Positions 35,968-47,571 of a stretch of 64,000 nucleotides of DNA are shown here, piece by piece. Numbering within the stretch: position 1 is the stretch's first letter; each line of letters opens with the position of its first letter. Both the position numbers and the translations under genes were made by a program. The notes beneath the pieces were generated by a model. The model did no database searches. It saw only the letters and a program-made list of their open reading frames with translations, and had not been told where the DNA came from. The stretch is from Selaginella moellendorffii (taxonomy: Eukaryota > Plantae > Lycopodiophyta): NCBI RefSeq assembly GCF_000143415.4, contig NW_003314343.1:186813-250812 (forward strand), written 5' to 3'.

Positions 35968-36890
35968 ATGGACTGCTCAATGGCAAGCTCTGCTGCTGCT
36001 GCTGCTGATGAAGCCGGAAGACTGGAAGACATTGAAGCTGTAACGGCACAACTCTGGTCCGTGAAAGTTGCCGACTTCTCGGAGTTTGTTATGGAACGTC
36101 CCGAGGCCGCCTGCAAAGAAGAGAAGATTGAGGCCGCCTGCGAGATTGCTGCCGAAGGCTCGTCTGCCTTGAAGCATGGTTTTTCGCCGTCGTGGCTCTG
36201 TGCAATCTGTCTGGAGAAGATACGAGTGGAAGACACGGCACAAATCAAAGGCTGCGACCATGCTTACTGGTACTTTAAGCATGCATTTTGATACAACGCT
36301 AATTATCCTAGCTCTTCTTCTTTTCTGTTTGCAGTGCGAACTGCATCCTGAGATGGGCTTCCTACAAGGAAAGTCCATGGTGTCCTCAGTGCAAGCTTCC
36401 ATTTTCTTCTTTGTTTGTCTGCAAGACACTTGATGGAAGGTACAGTTTGTGATTTTCTTTTTCATGGTGGTATACTCTCTTCTATCACAGGATGAGTGAC
36501 TTCATGGTTGAAGAGAGCGTTTGTCTTCTGCTGAGGTCCACCTGGTTCAAGCCTCTCCCTCCTGCAGCCGCTCAAGAGCCAGAAGACGTTGAGGATTACC
36601 AGGACGAGGATGAGCTTTACGAAGAAGAGTATTACTACACTTCGAACGTCCGGCTGGGTAACAGGCGGTGGGGTGACAGTGGCTATGTTCGTGGTGGGAG
36701 AAAGGAAGCACGCCCAGTAAGTGTTCGTCAGGTGACAGCCGGTGAAGGAAGTGCTTCAGGCGGTGGCAAGGGAAAAGACGTCGTGAAAGAAAGCGTGAGC
36801 GTTGGACGACGAGCGAAACGGGCTCAGAAGCGTGTGGAAGCTGAGCTCAAGCTCAAGCAGAAGGATTGCAGCGACAGCACGCTCGTCTAG
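35968..36890 (+). CDS. C3HC4 RING-finger protein (3 coding exons)
   Basis: CAICLEKI...GCDHAYC | ANCILRW...WCPQCK, EESVCLLLRS.WF, GNRRWGDSGYVRGGRKEARP. Confidence 0.9.
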
Positions 36891-36899
36891 TGTCAATCA

Positions 36900-37081
36900 A
36901 GGTATGGATTCGTAGGATTTTGTTTCTAGAGTTTCTAATACTCGATTCTTCCTTTCTCAGAGACGGCACAGGAATAAGATCCGATCCAGGTATGGATTTG
37001 TGGTTTCTTCATAGGATTTCCTTTCTAGAGTTTCTAATGCTCGATTCTTCCGTTCTCAGGGACGGCACAGGAATAAGATCC
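36900..37081 (+). repeat. Tandem duplication of about 85-95 bp in the RING gene 3' region
   Basis: AGGTATGGATT...TTTCTAGAGTTTCTAATRCTCGATTCTTCC...GACGGCACAGGAATAAGATCC occurs twice. Confidence 0.9.
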
Positions 37082-39121
37082 ACTCAGAAGCTTTTTGGCT
37101 GGAAGTCTAAAGGTTCCTCTTTACGATACAATAGAAAACAAGCTTGTGGTATAGTTTTTCCTCGTTTTATATTGTGGCAAGTGAAAGGTCAGGGGTTTCT
37201 ATTCAAGAGCTTTCCACCATCGCCCGCCACCATTGCAAGTGCTTTGCTTTTTGTTTTGTTTTGTTTCGTTGGCTTGCAGTGGACAGGAAGAGTCCATCAA
37301 TCAATCAATCAATCAGAGTAAATCAATCACAAGCAGAATTGCTCGCTCACTTTCAGCAAGTGGTGGCGGAAATTTTTTGTTTTGGGCGAACACACCACCC
37401 TCTGCTTAAACACTTCGATTTGTACTACGGCCCCTGTGCTGAGGAGACCACGGCCCAATGGGCATTACTGGCCATGGAATCCAAGCTCGGTACGGTGCTG
37501 GGGTTTATTTGTCCCCAAGAGAGAGGGAAGGGGGTAAATAAACGTGACCAGTGACAAGTGGTGTCTCATTGCCGGGTAAACTCTCAACAAAGCTGCCCGT
37601 CACACAGCCGACCATCACACACTACTTGAATGCCCGTGCCCCAGTGACGGCTACGTACGCTAAAGCTGAAGTTTTTACCGCCCGCATTAACTCTAGTTGA
37701 CCGCGCCACGTAGGCCCGGTGACAAGAGGTTTTTACCTCGTCGTCTCTATCGCAGGAAATCTTTCTTTTGCCCTTATAGCGGTGAAGGGTCGTCACGCGC
37801 CAAATGCCTCATTTGTTTTCGCGGCGGGCATGGTGATGATCCAGATCGACCAGGCGACGCAGCCACGGCGCACTCCATCTCTCCCCGGCATTGGCATCGA
37901 TTCGAGCAAGGTTCTCTGTAGCGATGGATTTCTCTTTGGCCTTTCTTTCTAGAGAGTCGGTAGATAGCGTCGCATCGCATTGCAGCTCTTGCCGGGGAGA
38001 ATTCGCTGAGGCTGCTGCTGCTGCTGCTGCTTGTCGATTCGATTCTTTGTCTGTGAGAGGGGTGAAAATTTGGCTTGTTTGTTAGGGAAGGGGTGCGTGT
38101 GTTTAGTTTCGGTTCGTTGTCAAGCTGTTAGAGATTTTTGGCTGCTACGCTTGCATGTTTTTCCGTGATCCTTGATTGCGTGGTCGGTCGCTCTCGAGAG
38201 TTTTCGCTATCCCTTCATCATAGTGAATGAGCTCTGCCGCACCTGGAACTTCTTGTTTTGGGTCAATTTCTACACCTTTCCTTTTCTCGCTCAGAGTTTT
38301 TTGTCTTCCATCGTCTTTAGTCTCCTTTGCTCCCCTCCTTGACGTCGTTTTTAGTTCGTTTGTTCGTTCGTTGCTTCGCCTGCGAGCAGGGGAAGGACCA
38401 CTTTGATTCTTCTTAATTGCACAAACATCATCCTGCCTGGGTTTGTTTTTTGTGCTGGTCGCGAATCAGCGGCAGCATGCCGACGATTGATTCTCTCCGC
38501 AGGGTTGAGTGAGAGCTGAGCTGCGCCTAGCTTTTTCTTCCAACTTATAAGTAATCAGGATAGCTCTCACTTCACACGAACAGAGCTTGTGCTTGACATT
38601 ATGGAAGCGAGAGCTGTCTTTCTTGTCTTGTTTGATTCGAGCTGAGAGCTTATCATTCTTTCTCCTTGAGTGTTTTTCTTTATCTTTTTGCTTGTTTGTT
38701 TGTGTGTGTTCTTCCAGCCGCGTAGAACTCGCGAGCTCTGAGCGCTACTGCCACTGCTACGGTTGCTCCTAAGTCATTTCAGTGCATCTCTGTTGCCTGG
38801 CCAGAAACGCAAATCATATCCGCTAAGGGAGTTGTAGCTAGCTGTCACTACACTTCTCTATATTAATTCTGGCTCTCTCTCTCTGGCTTAGCTCCTCTGG
38901 CCCTGCCACTGGCTGGCTGGATGGTTTCTCGCTGGGAGGCAGTTTCATCAGCTCATATCTTTTTCTACAACGATGGCGACGATCGAGTTCACGAGCAAGC
39001 GCAGCACCAGTCGCAGCAGCAGCAGCATATTGCCTTGGTGATCTCCGGCGAGCACAGTTTTTGAGAGCTGCTGCTGCTGCCATTCCTTCCAGCTGAGAAG
39101 CTCGATCGAGCTGAGTCGAAG

Positions 39122-40630
39122 ATGGAGCTGCTGACTTACATGGGATCGCTGCTGGGACTCTTGGCATTCCTCCAGGGGGTGATGCCTCCGGAATTCAGAT
39201 ACATGCTCAGCAAGTGTGGCCGCTTTCTCTTCGAGTACCTCTCCTTCTACAACTACTTCGACATATACGAGTTCGACGGCATGAACTCGAACGAGCTCTA
39301 CAGCTGCGTCCAGTTGCACCTCAGCTCCTCCGCCTCCACCGCAGCTCAGCGCGCGACGCTCTCCCGTCCCAAAAACTCCAACAAGATCACCTTCGGGCTG
39401 GCCAGGAGCGAGAGCGTCACGGAAACGTTCCGCGGCGCTCAGGTGATGTGGCAGCACATTATCACGGAGCGCCCCGCGCAGTTTAGCCTCTGGGAGCGCA
39501 GCCCCGACGAGCGCAGATACTACTCTCTCAAGATCAAGAAGCAGGACCGGGAGCGAGTGCTGTCAGCTTATCTCGAGCACATCATCGAGCACGCCAAGGA
39601 GCTCCAGCACGGAAACCGGGACAAGCTGCTCTACACCAACGCCAAGAACTCGTACAACTTCCACCGCCAGCCGTGGGAGAGCGTGCCTTTCAAGCACCCC
39701 TCGACGTTCTCGACGCTGGCCATGGACCCCGTGAAGAAGCAGGAGATCATGGAGGACCTAACCGAGTTCATGAAGGGCGAGCACTTCTACCAGCGCGTTG
39801 GTCGAGCCTGGAAGCGGGGATATCTTCTCTACGGGCCGCCGGGGACGGGCAAGTCGAGCATGATCGCGGCCATTGCAAACTTCACGGGATACGACGTCTA
39901 CGACATGGAGCTGACCGAGGTGGCGAGCAACGCCGACTTGCGGAAGCTGCTCATCAAGACGACCAACAGGTCAATTATCGTGATCGAGGACATCGACTGC
40001 TCCCTCAACTTGTCCGATCGCAAGAAGCTCAAGGAGAAGAAGATTGGAGAGCCGCCGCCGTCGCTCATGCCCGCCAAGATGGACGACGAGCCCAGCCGGG
40101 TTACTCTCTCCGGACTGCTCAACTTCACGGATGGCCTGTGGTCTTGCTGCGGGAGCGAGCGAATCATTATCTTCACGACCAACCACATTGACAAGCTGGA
40201 TCCGGCTCTCCTCCGTTCGGGTCGGATGGACATGCACATCTTCATGTCCCACTGCACTTTCCCGGCGCTCAAGATCTTGGCGACCAACTATCTTGGAATT
40301 CGTGATCACGAGCTCTACGATGATCTGGAGCTGGTGCTCGAGGAGTCCAAGGTGACGCCGGCGGAGGTGAGCGAGATCCTGATCAAGAAGAAGAAGTTCC
40401 CGACCGATGCTTTGGAGAGTTTGCTGGAGACTCTGCGAGCTGCGAGGGACGAGAAGCGGAAGGAGATGACTCTAGATGAAGCGCTTGACGAGCAGCAGCA
40501 GCAGCAAAACCATGTGGCAATGGATTTCAAGGATGGTTTCAAGGCGCCGGCTGACAAGATCGAGCAACAATGCAACAACGCTGCTTTTCAACCGGACAAA
40601 AGCTCTCCTCCTTGCGTCGCCATTAGTTAA
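39122..40630 (+). CDS. Plant BCS1-like AAA-ATPase (intronless)
   Basis: FKHPSTFSTLAMD, RAWKRGYLLYGPPGTGKSS, IVIEDIDC, VTLSGLLNFTDGLWS, FTTNHIDKLDPALLRSGRMDMHI. Confidence 0.96.
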   Translation: MELLTYMGSLLGLLAFLQGVMPPEFRYMLSKCGRFLFEYLSFYNYFDIYEFDGMNSNELYSCVQLHLSSSASTAAQRATLSRPKNSNKITFGLARSESVTETFRGAQVMWQHIITERPAQFSLWERSPDERRYYSLKIKKQDRERVLSAYLEHIIEHAKELQHGNRDKLLYTNAKNSYNFHRQPWESVPFKHPSTFSTLAMDPVKKQEIMEDLTEFMKGEHFYQRVGRAWKRGYLLYGPPGTGKSSMIAAIANFTGYDVYDMELTEVASNADLRKLLIKTTNRSIIVIEDIDCSLNLSDRKKLKEKKIGEPPPSLMPAKMDDEPSRVTLSGLLNFTDGLWSCCGSERIIIFTTNHIDKLDPALLRSGRMDMHIFMSHCTFPALKILATNYLGIRDHELYDDLELVLEESKVTPAEVSEILIKKKKFPTDALESLLETLRAARDEKRKEMTLDEALDEQQQQQNHVAMDFKDGFKAPADKIEQQCNNAAFQPDKSSPPCVAIS

Positions 40631-40909
40631 AAGGTTTGATTTGATTCTTCTCGTGATTTTGTTCCCATTCTTACATGACTTTTATCCAGTTCCAACTCCA
40701 CAGGAACTGGATTTTTCTTCTCGAAGAACACGAGAATCCATCTCCATCGTTGCGCATGAACGGCCCAGATGTATCCACATGTTTTTGAAGAGTTTAAAAA
40801 AGTTACGGTCAAGATTTGTCCTCAACGTCCAAACTGTCTGTTGTCTCTCTTTCCTAGTTTCTTCTTTCTTTCTCTCGCAGTGTGTGTTATTTTAGGGTTC
40901 CATTCGGCG

Positions 40910-42726
40910 ATGGCGGCCTTCTTCACGCTCCCGGAGCTTCGATCGGAGCTACACGCTCTCGGCCACGACGATGTTCCCGATCATGTCATTCTCGCCTTCT
41001 TGTCGCAGCTCCAGATCACTGTCCCCAATTGCTTCAAGAGCGAAGATCGCAGCCCTTTCGATCCCTCCCGGCCGGCATCGAGCTATCTTGATCAGGATTT
41101 CGATGAGGACGTCCCCAAGAACACTCGGGATAGCTCTCCTTGGGAGCAAGAAGGTATGAATCAGCAGCACAGGTTCTCGCATCGCAATGTTAGATTCGAG
41201 GACAGCCGGGAACTCCAACTCCAGGAGCAGCTCCTTGCGAAATCCAGCAGCGCCTCTTCTTCCAGGCCGAGCACTCCGCCTCGTTGCAATGTGGGCCTCT
41301 CGGCCTCGGACTCCGACTCCAGCAAGGAGAATCGAGAGATTTCTCACAGGGATCACGCCTCGCAAGCACAGCAAATTGGTGGTGGATCGTCGCGGCATGT
41401 TCTTCAGCCGTGCGACAATGTGGTATCGTCCACGTTTGACTTTGCGTCCAAGGCCTCTCCGGTGGTGGACGAGTACTTGTATCCTGGGGAGATCTTAGAA
41501 CAGCTCAAGGAGCGCCAGAGGCCTGTATCGTGTCCAGTGCTGCAGCAGGAACCATCCGAAGATCTTTTTTCGGATCGTGACCGAGTAAGGTCTTTGTCGG
41601 CGAGACACTACCGAGAGCGTGACGATTACCAGCATGATCGCCACCACCACCGTCGTCGCTACCAGGAGGAGAGCTCGGACTACAGCTCAAGTCATCGGAA
41701 TTCCAAAGGTGGTGGTGGTTCCCGTAGAGTTTACCATGAAGAGAGCTCGGAATATAGCTCGAGCAAACGTGCCAGTGGCAAAGATGGGAGCACGTCGGAG
41801 GTTGACCACTCGATAAGTTCGCTGGAAGTTGAGGAAGCTATTGAGAACTTTGGGATCAATCTCAAGCCTCTCAACCTGGGGGTTGTCAGATCGCACAATC
41901 TGTTTCATCCAAGAGCATCCAAGCTTCCAGCCGCTGCTCCAGTCTCTGAGGATGATTGCTTTGCCAGGACTGTCACTGAGTCTCATGCAGGTACTATTGT
42001 TGGTTCCTCTTTTATTTCAGTTGCTTATAGCGCTTGCAAACATGTAGCAACGGAAGAGAGACCTTTGTCTGGAGGCACCAATCGATCAAACTGCGCTGCT
42101 TGTCAGCTCTTGCGAGACTCGGGAACGCCAGAGTTCAGGCATTTCTCCATGAAGAAGCACGAGACAGATGGTGAAGACTCAATCAATTCTACTCCACGCA
42201 CATTTATCGAAAGAGTGTCAGACGATAGAATTCAAAATAGCCCGAGCCCTGCATTCCGTGAGTCTATTTTTTTATTCTTAGGCAGGTTTCACCACCCTCG
42301 TGATTTTCCGTGTCTGCAGAGCGTCGTGCAAGTGACATAAAGAGCCATTCTCCTTGCCTTTCAGATGGATCGTTTGGTGCTGCCAGCAAGAAGGCGGTTG
42401 TCCGGCGAGGGAAGATTGACCGTGTGGCCAGGTTGGTTGTAGTGTTTTCTCTTAAAAACTCACTGACTGGTCTTGTCAAGGTTTGCTGAGATGCAAAAAG
42501 TGTGGAACAAAGATCATTTCTTGCGAGCTACAAGTGGAAAGCGCAAGACGCAAAGCTTCCACCGCATGTTTGCGGAAATCCACGCATCTAATGAGAGACT
42601 GTATGCAGCATCTAGAGCAAGGTAGACGGCAGCCTTTTTGTTTTGCTCACTCAACATTTTATTTGCAGATCTGTGATGGGAGTGCGGGAAGAACAGGATG
42701 TCCAACCATTCGTTCTGACTACATAA
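40910..42726 (+). CDS. HYLS1-like centriole/ciliogenesis-associated protein (putative, multi-exon)
   Basis: N-terminal FTLPELRSELHALGHDDVPDHVILAFL and C-terminal KIDRVARFAEMQKVW resemble the two conserved HYLS1 boxes (L..LGY.NVP...L.EF; KTDPVARY..Y...W), joined by a disordered middle. Confidence 0.55.
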
Positions 42727-42877
42727 AAATATTCATGCGTAAAAAAACGCACATTTGTCTAAAGGTAAAACAAATAGAAATGTATTCGTTGATTGCATCA
42801 GAGACTCGTTCTCTTCTCCTTTTTCTTTTTTCGTTTTTACGTTTTTATTTTTCTTTCCCGCCACAACCCTAACAGGG

Positions 42878-44972
42878 ATGGAGGCAACCAACTCTGACGA
42901 AGTTCACTTCAGTACAGGCAAGCCTCGTGATTTTTTATGTGATCAGGCGTGTAACCGTGATGTTGTGTCCTGACAGCGCCTCCGAAACGAAGAATTCAGT
43001 TGCCGGACGGTGAGATTTGTTTCAGCAACTTGTGCATAGGGAAAACCTCTTCGTGCTTGCAGTTCACGACTATGGATCAACTACCGAAGGCTTAGGTGAA
43101 CGGTTGCAACGGAGCTTTTATTCGCCTAGAACACATACTGTGAACAAGCTACTACGGCTTGTTGACACAGTAGGGACTGTCCAGATGCGAGCACCTCCAC
43201 AGAGTGGGAAAACTTCTCTGCTTCAGCTCGCGGACGCGGCGGCAAGACGTTCCCCGCGTTGGAAACACGTCTACTTCATCAGCTTGGCTTCAATCCATTT
43301 AAACTTCGACGAGCAGTTCGTGGCCAAGTACTCAAGTATGTCAGTGATTTTTTCGTCAGCTACGACCACTAACTTGCGCTAGTTCCTAGAGGGGGCCTTC
43401 AACGATCTTTTCGAGCCTGGCGGCCCGAAAAGGCTGCTCATCGTCGACGAAGCCGACGGCTCTTATGCCGACGAAATGCCGCTTTGGAACGTTATAAGGT
43501 CGATGCAAGAGGAATATCGCAATAAGGAACGAGATACAACATGGATTCCCAACCTCAAAATTATCATCTCGTCGGGATTCGGAGCAGAGACAGTTTTCAT
43601 GGCAAAGTCGGCTCCTGGAAAATGGAATGACGAGAACCGAGTACTTTTAAGGTAAAAATTTCTTATTTTTTTCGGAAAGTTAATCTAACAGGCATATCTC
43701 CAGCCAGACCTGCAGGTTCCCATGGAGTCGCTATACAGCTCAGTGATTTGGAAGCCATAGAAGTTTGGACAGGCTGGCTTGCACATAATGGCCTCCCGCA
43801 GTTGAGTGACGGACTCCGGGATTATGTTTTTCGAATGACAGACAAGCAACCGGGAGTCCTTGCACATGTCCTCGAGTTGCTCGAGTCCAGGGGTGCTGGA
43901 ACGAGGCATCCATATGCAGTGGAAGACCAGTTGTGGTCCAAGTTCTCCAAGCCTGAGTTTCTATCTGGCTTGTCTGAGCTGCGGAGCATATGCATGTAAG
44001 TGCAGCTCTCCTCTCCTCTTTTTTTTTTTTTTTTTTTTTCCTGGAAGGTGAGCTCTTTTGTAGATTCCACCACCTCGTTCACGAAGCTCCTTATCACGCT
44101 GTTGCTATGAAGCTCCTCAAGTTTGACAAGGTAACGTTAGACATATGTCTGTTTGTGTGTCAATGACAAAACTTAGTTATTGTCAGGTTCCCGATTCTAT
44201 TGTCCGGAACGAGGAACGGGGGCCAATGTACAATATGGTCCTCAGGGGACAAGCGATAAAAAGCGACGACGGATACTACAGTATGATATCCCTAGCACAC
44301 GATTACTTCTACAGGAAGCACCTATACAAGCGTGGCTGGTCGGCGAGACGGATCGACCACATGGGAATCAAAAAATTTATGCGGAGGCTGTTGAAGCAAA
44401 TCAATCCGGCGGTGCTTCGAAACTGCTCTGGAGATGCATTGGAAAAGATACAAGTGGGGATACACCGGTAATCGTTACTTTTCTTCGTTTTTATGACAGA
44501 TGTCGTAGACCTTGTGTGCAGTGCATTGTGCGCGGTATTGAAACAGCCCCTTTGGCCAAACATTGATCTCGGTCCTCGGCTTGAAGGGCGTGGCTTGCAC
44601 GAGTTCTACGTTCAAGACATAGGCTGGCTGATCGAACTGGAGACCGAGGTGTTGCGGAAGAGGGATCTGAATGCTAAAGTTATGGAGGGCGAGAGGTACC
44701 ACAGCATGCGCAAGAAAAAACAGCTCAAAGCCTACGTCTTTATCGACGTGACCAAGGAGATGGTGGTGACAGTCTACCGCGACTTTGCAAAAGAGTTTGG
44801 AAAGAGGTTTGGAGCAAAGTTTGTGGCCGTGCTGTTCTCGGACGATTTCGAGTCTGCCACTCTGTTTCCGGACGAAATCACGGTTCCGTTCTGCGGGCAC
44901 AAGACGGACGCCAAGGCCGACACGAGGCAGCGAAGGAAAATCGAGAAAAAGGACAAGTGCTGCCATCAATAA
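42878..44972 (+). CDS. P-loop NTPase + C-terminal PD-(D/E)xK-like domain, Crinkler/RHS-type architecture (multi-exon)
   Basis: FYSPRTHTV, Walker A RAPPQSGKTSLLQL, Walker B LLIVDEA, C-terminal GRGLHEFYVQDIGWLIEL...YVFID. Confidence 0.68.
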
Positions 44973-45211
44973 GATAAGAGAAAGTTTGATTGTGCGATGA
45001 ATGAAGAAGGGACAGAAGAGAAAACAATATCTATCAGTGGTTTTTCTGCAACAATGGATGCTAAGCATAACGCCAACTTGATCTCTGCAGCTGCCAGCAC
45101 ATGAACTTTCGAGCGTTTCTATCTTGTTCTTTGTTGGCGAGTGTACAGCAACACAAACATTAGCTCTGATTCGATTTCTTTATTGATAATGCCAAATATA
45201 TCATATGGTTT

Positions 45212-47158
45212 CTACTCCGTGCTGGTGTTTGGTGCGCTCGACCTGCGTACAATGTCCTCGTCGTCGGCCACGGAGCTGAGAAAGCTCTCCCGGCGATGAA
45301 TCTTTTGCTGGCTTGCGCTTGTCACCTCCTTGAATCTGGCCAGCTCCGCCAGGCACTCGGCCGCCTCCACCAGGTTTTCCAGCCTCGCCACCGTCTCGAT
45401 CAGTAGCGACGTGAAAGTCGCCACCGAGAAGTTGCTCGCGCTCCGGATGGACTGCATGCTCAGCGACGTGTAGCTTCCCATTGTTGCCAGGCGATGGATG
45501 GCTCGTGGTGCCGGATCGATGGCGCTGCTGTTAGAGAACGGACTTTCGGGGTCGGTGCTGTACTCGAAAGTTGGCGGAGTGTTGCTGGGCTTGCGGGTAG
45601 CGATCATGGCGGTGGCCATCGTCGGGTGTACGAAGAGGTGCGAGTGCGCGTCGATGAATTCCTGCAGAGATTCCGTCGAGGCTGTCATTTGTACGAGCAG
45701 CGCGTCCACATTCTCCTGGCAGTGCTCCATGTTCCGGATGTTGACACTCACTTGCCGCAGCAGCTCTGTCGCGCTCTTGGTCACTTTCAGGATTTCGGTG
45801 CCAAACACTTGTCGCAATTCATATGGTGCCTGAGCATTCGAATGTGTGTTGGAAATTAATATCTTTATCAGTGCTATTCATGTACCTGGACTTCTGCTCG
45901 TACGCAGCCGTGTAGTGCCATGGAAGCATACGCGCAGTGCCGGAGGGCCGCGCCAACTTTAACATAGTGCGGCCAGGGATAGCCAAACTTGAGAAACTTT
46001 CCGTGGGGTGGCTCCCATCCTGCAAAGTTGGCCTGGCACGATCAAAGATGACAAAAGAGAACATCGATCAGCCTGTGTTGATTGACCGGCACTGTTTAGA
46101 TTTTCTTATCTCATACGCACCAGAGATTCTTCCGTCTGGCTGGACGACAGCAGAGCTCGGTATTTTACGTAGATGTCGTCGTTGTCAGCCCGGTTTTGGA
46201 TCTCCTTTTCCATCACGGCTTGCATTGTAGTCTCTGGAATCTTGAGATACTCCTCGACCGAGCCTGACATTGAAAGAGACAAGGCATTGACGGTGGCAAA
46301 AGTATAAACAAATGCTTCTTAGATTTATACCTTGTAGACAATCAGCGAGAGTTTCGAAGTTGCGAGAGGAGAGAGCGTGGAGATCCTCTCCAGCCCAGAC
46401 TGGGAAAAGAAACATGCATATAACCAGGCTGATGCCACAGCCCACCAGGATCGTAAACATCCGAGTGGAGGCTGTTTTAAACGAGGCCTCGGACGTTTGG
46501 TAGCTGGAGACGCTGATAAGACTGAAAGTGAGCATGAAGATGAGCAGACCGTAGTCATATTTGGCCTTGAGCTTCGGGATGAAGCGCAGGAAAGTTGCCA
46601 CGGCACCTGTCGACTCGTCTCTTGTAGCAGAAAGAAAGAAAAGAGGGATTTATACCTGCCAAGAACACCGATGTGATGATGATAGATGCTTCTCCAATGT
46701 GGCCACAGAAATCGGCCAAGTGGGCGATGCCCAGTCCCAGAAATGCCGCTGCAAGTGTTCCCAGGCCTCTGTTAAGCCCCTTGCTTAGCGTAGCACCTGG
46801 CAAACAAGATTTAAGCTGCCTGGCTCGGGAAGAAAAACAAAGACCCGCTTTTCCACATACCCACAGTAAACTCGAACACTACCACCACGGTCATGATCGC
46901 CCAGATCGCATTCTCGCCCAGGAGCCTGGGTGGCTCTTCCACCAGCATGAAGAGCGAGCTCAAGCTCAGCGCCAGTCCAACCTTGGCGGCATGGATCAAT
47001 CTTCGAGGGTCTTGGAATAAGAACCATTTCGACCAATGTTGCTGCTGCTGTTGCTGCTGCTGCCGCTGCTGCTGCTGCTCTTCCCCTTGCTGCTCATCTC
47101 TCTCTCGGATGGGTTCAGGAGACACCCGCACTTCAACAGCACCGCTCTCGTTCTGCAT
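45212..47158 (-). CDS. ALMT: Aluminium-activated malate transporter family protein
   Basis: [74 protein letters not shown].RL. Confidence 0.94.
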
Positions 47159-47571
47159 CGTTCTTTCTGTCCGGTATCCGGAACGAAGTGGCAAAGCGGA
47201 TCGTGTTGAACTTGTTGGTGGAACGCAGAATGTGGCAGGGCGACTCAAAGGTCATCTAGGCTCTCCACCCAAGACAAAATTGACTTATAAAAAAGAAGGT
47301 AAAATGAAAAACCAATGTAATACCATCATTGAAAATCTTTGGGCAACTGCCACTGCATCCAAGCCCAGCCAATAAGAGCAAGACAGGCACCACCACTACT
47401 GACCTCAGTCTCCACCACCTTTTGTCATTTCTTAGCATGACAAGAAGATACGCACGAATTTCTCTTTTTTCTGAAGATCATGAAACTTTGTCCTATGCTT
47501 TTTTTCTTTTCTTTTTTACTGTGTATAGCCGTTGGCAAACAATCTTACAAACTCTACACGAGTGAGCACTT

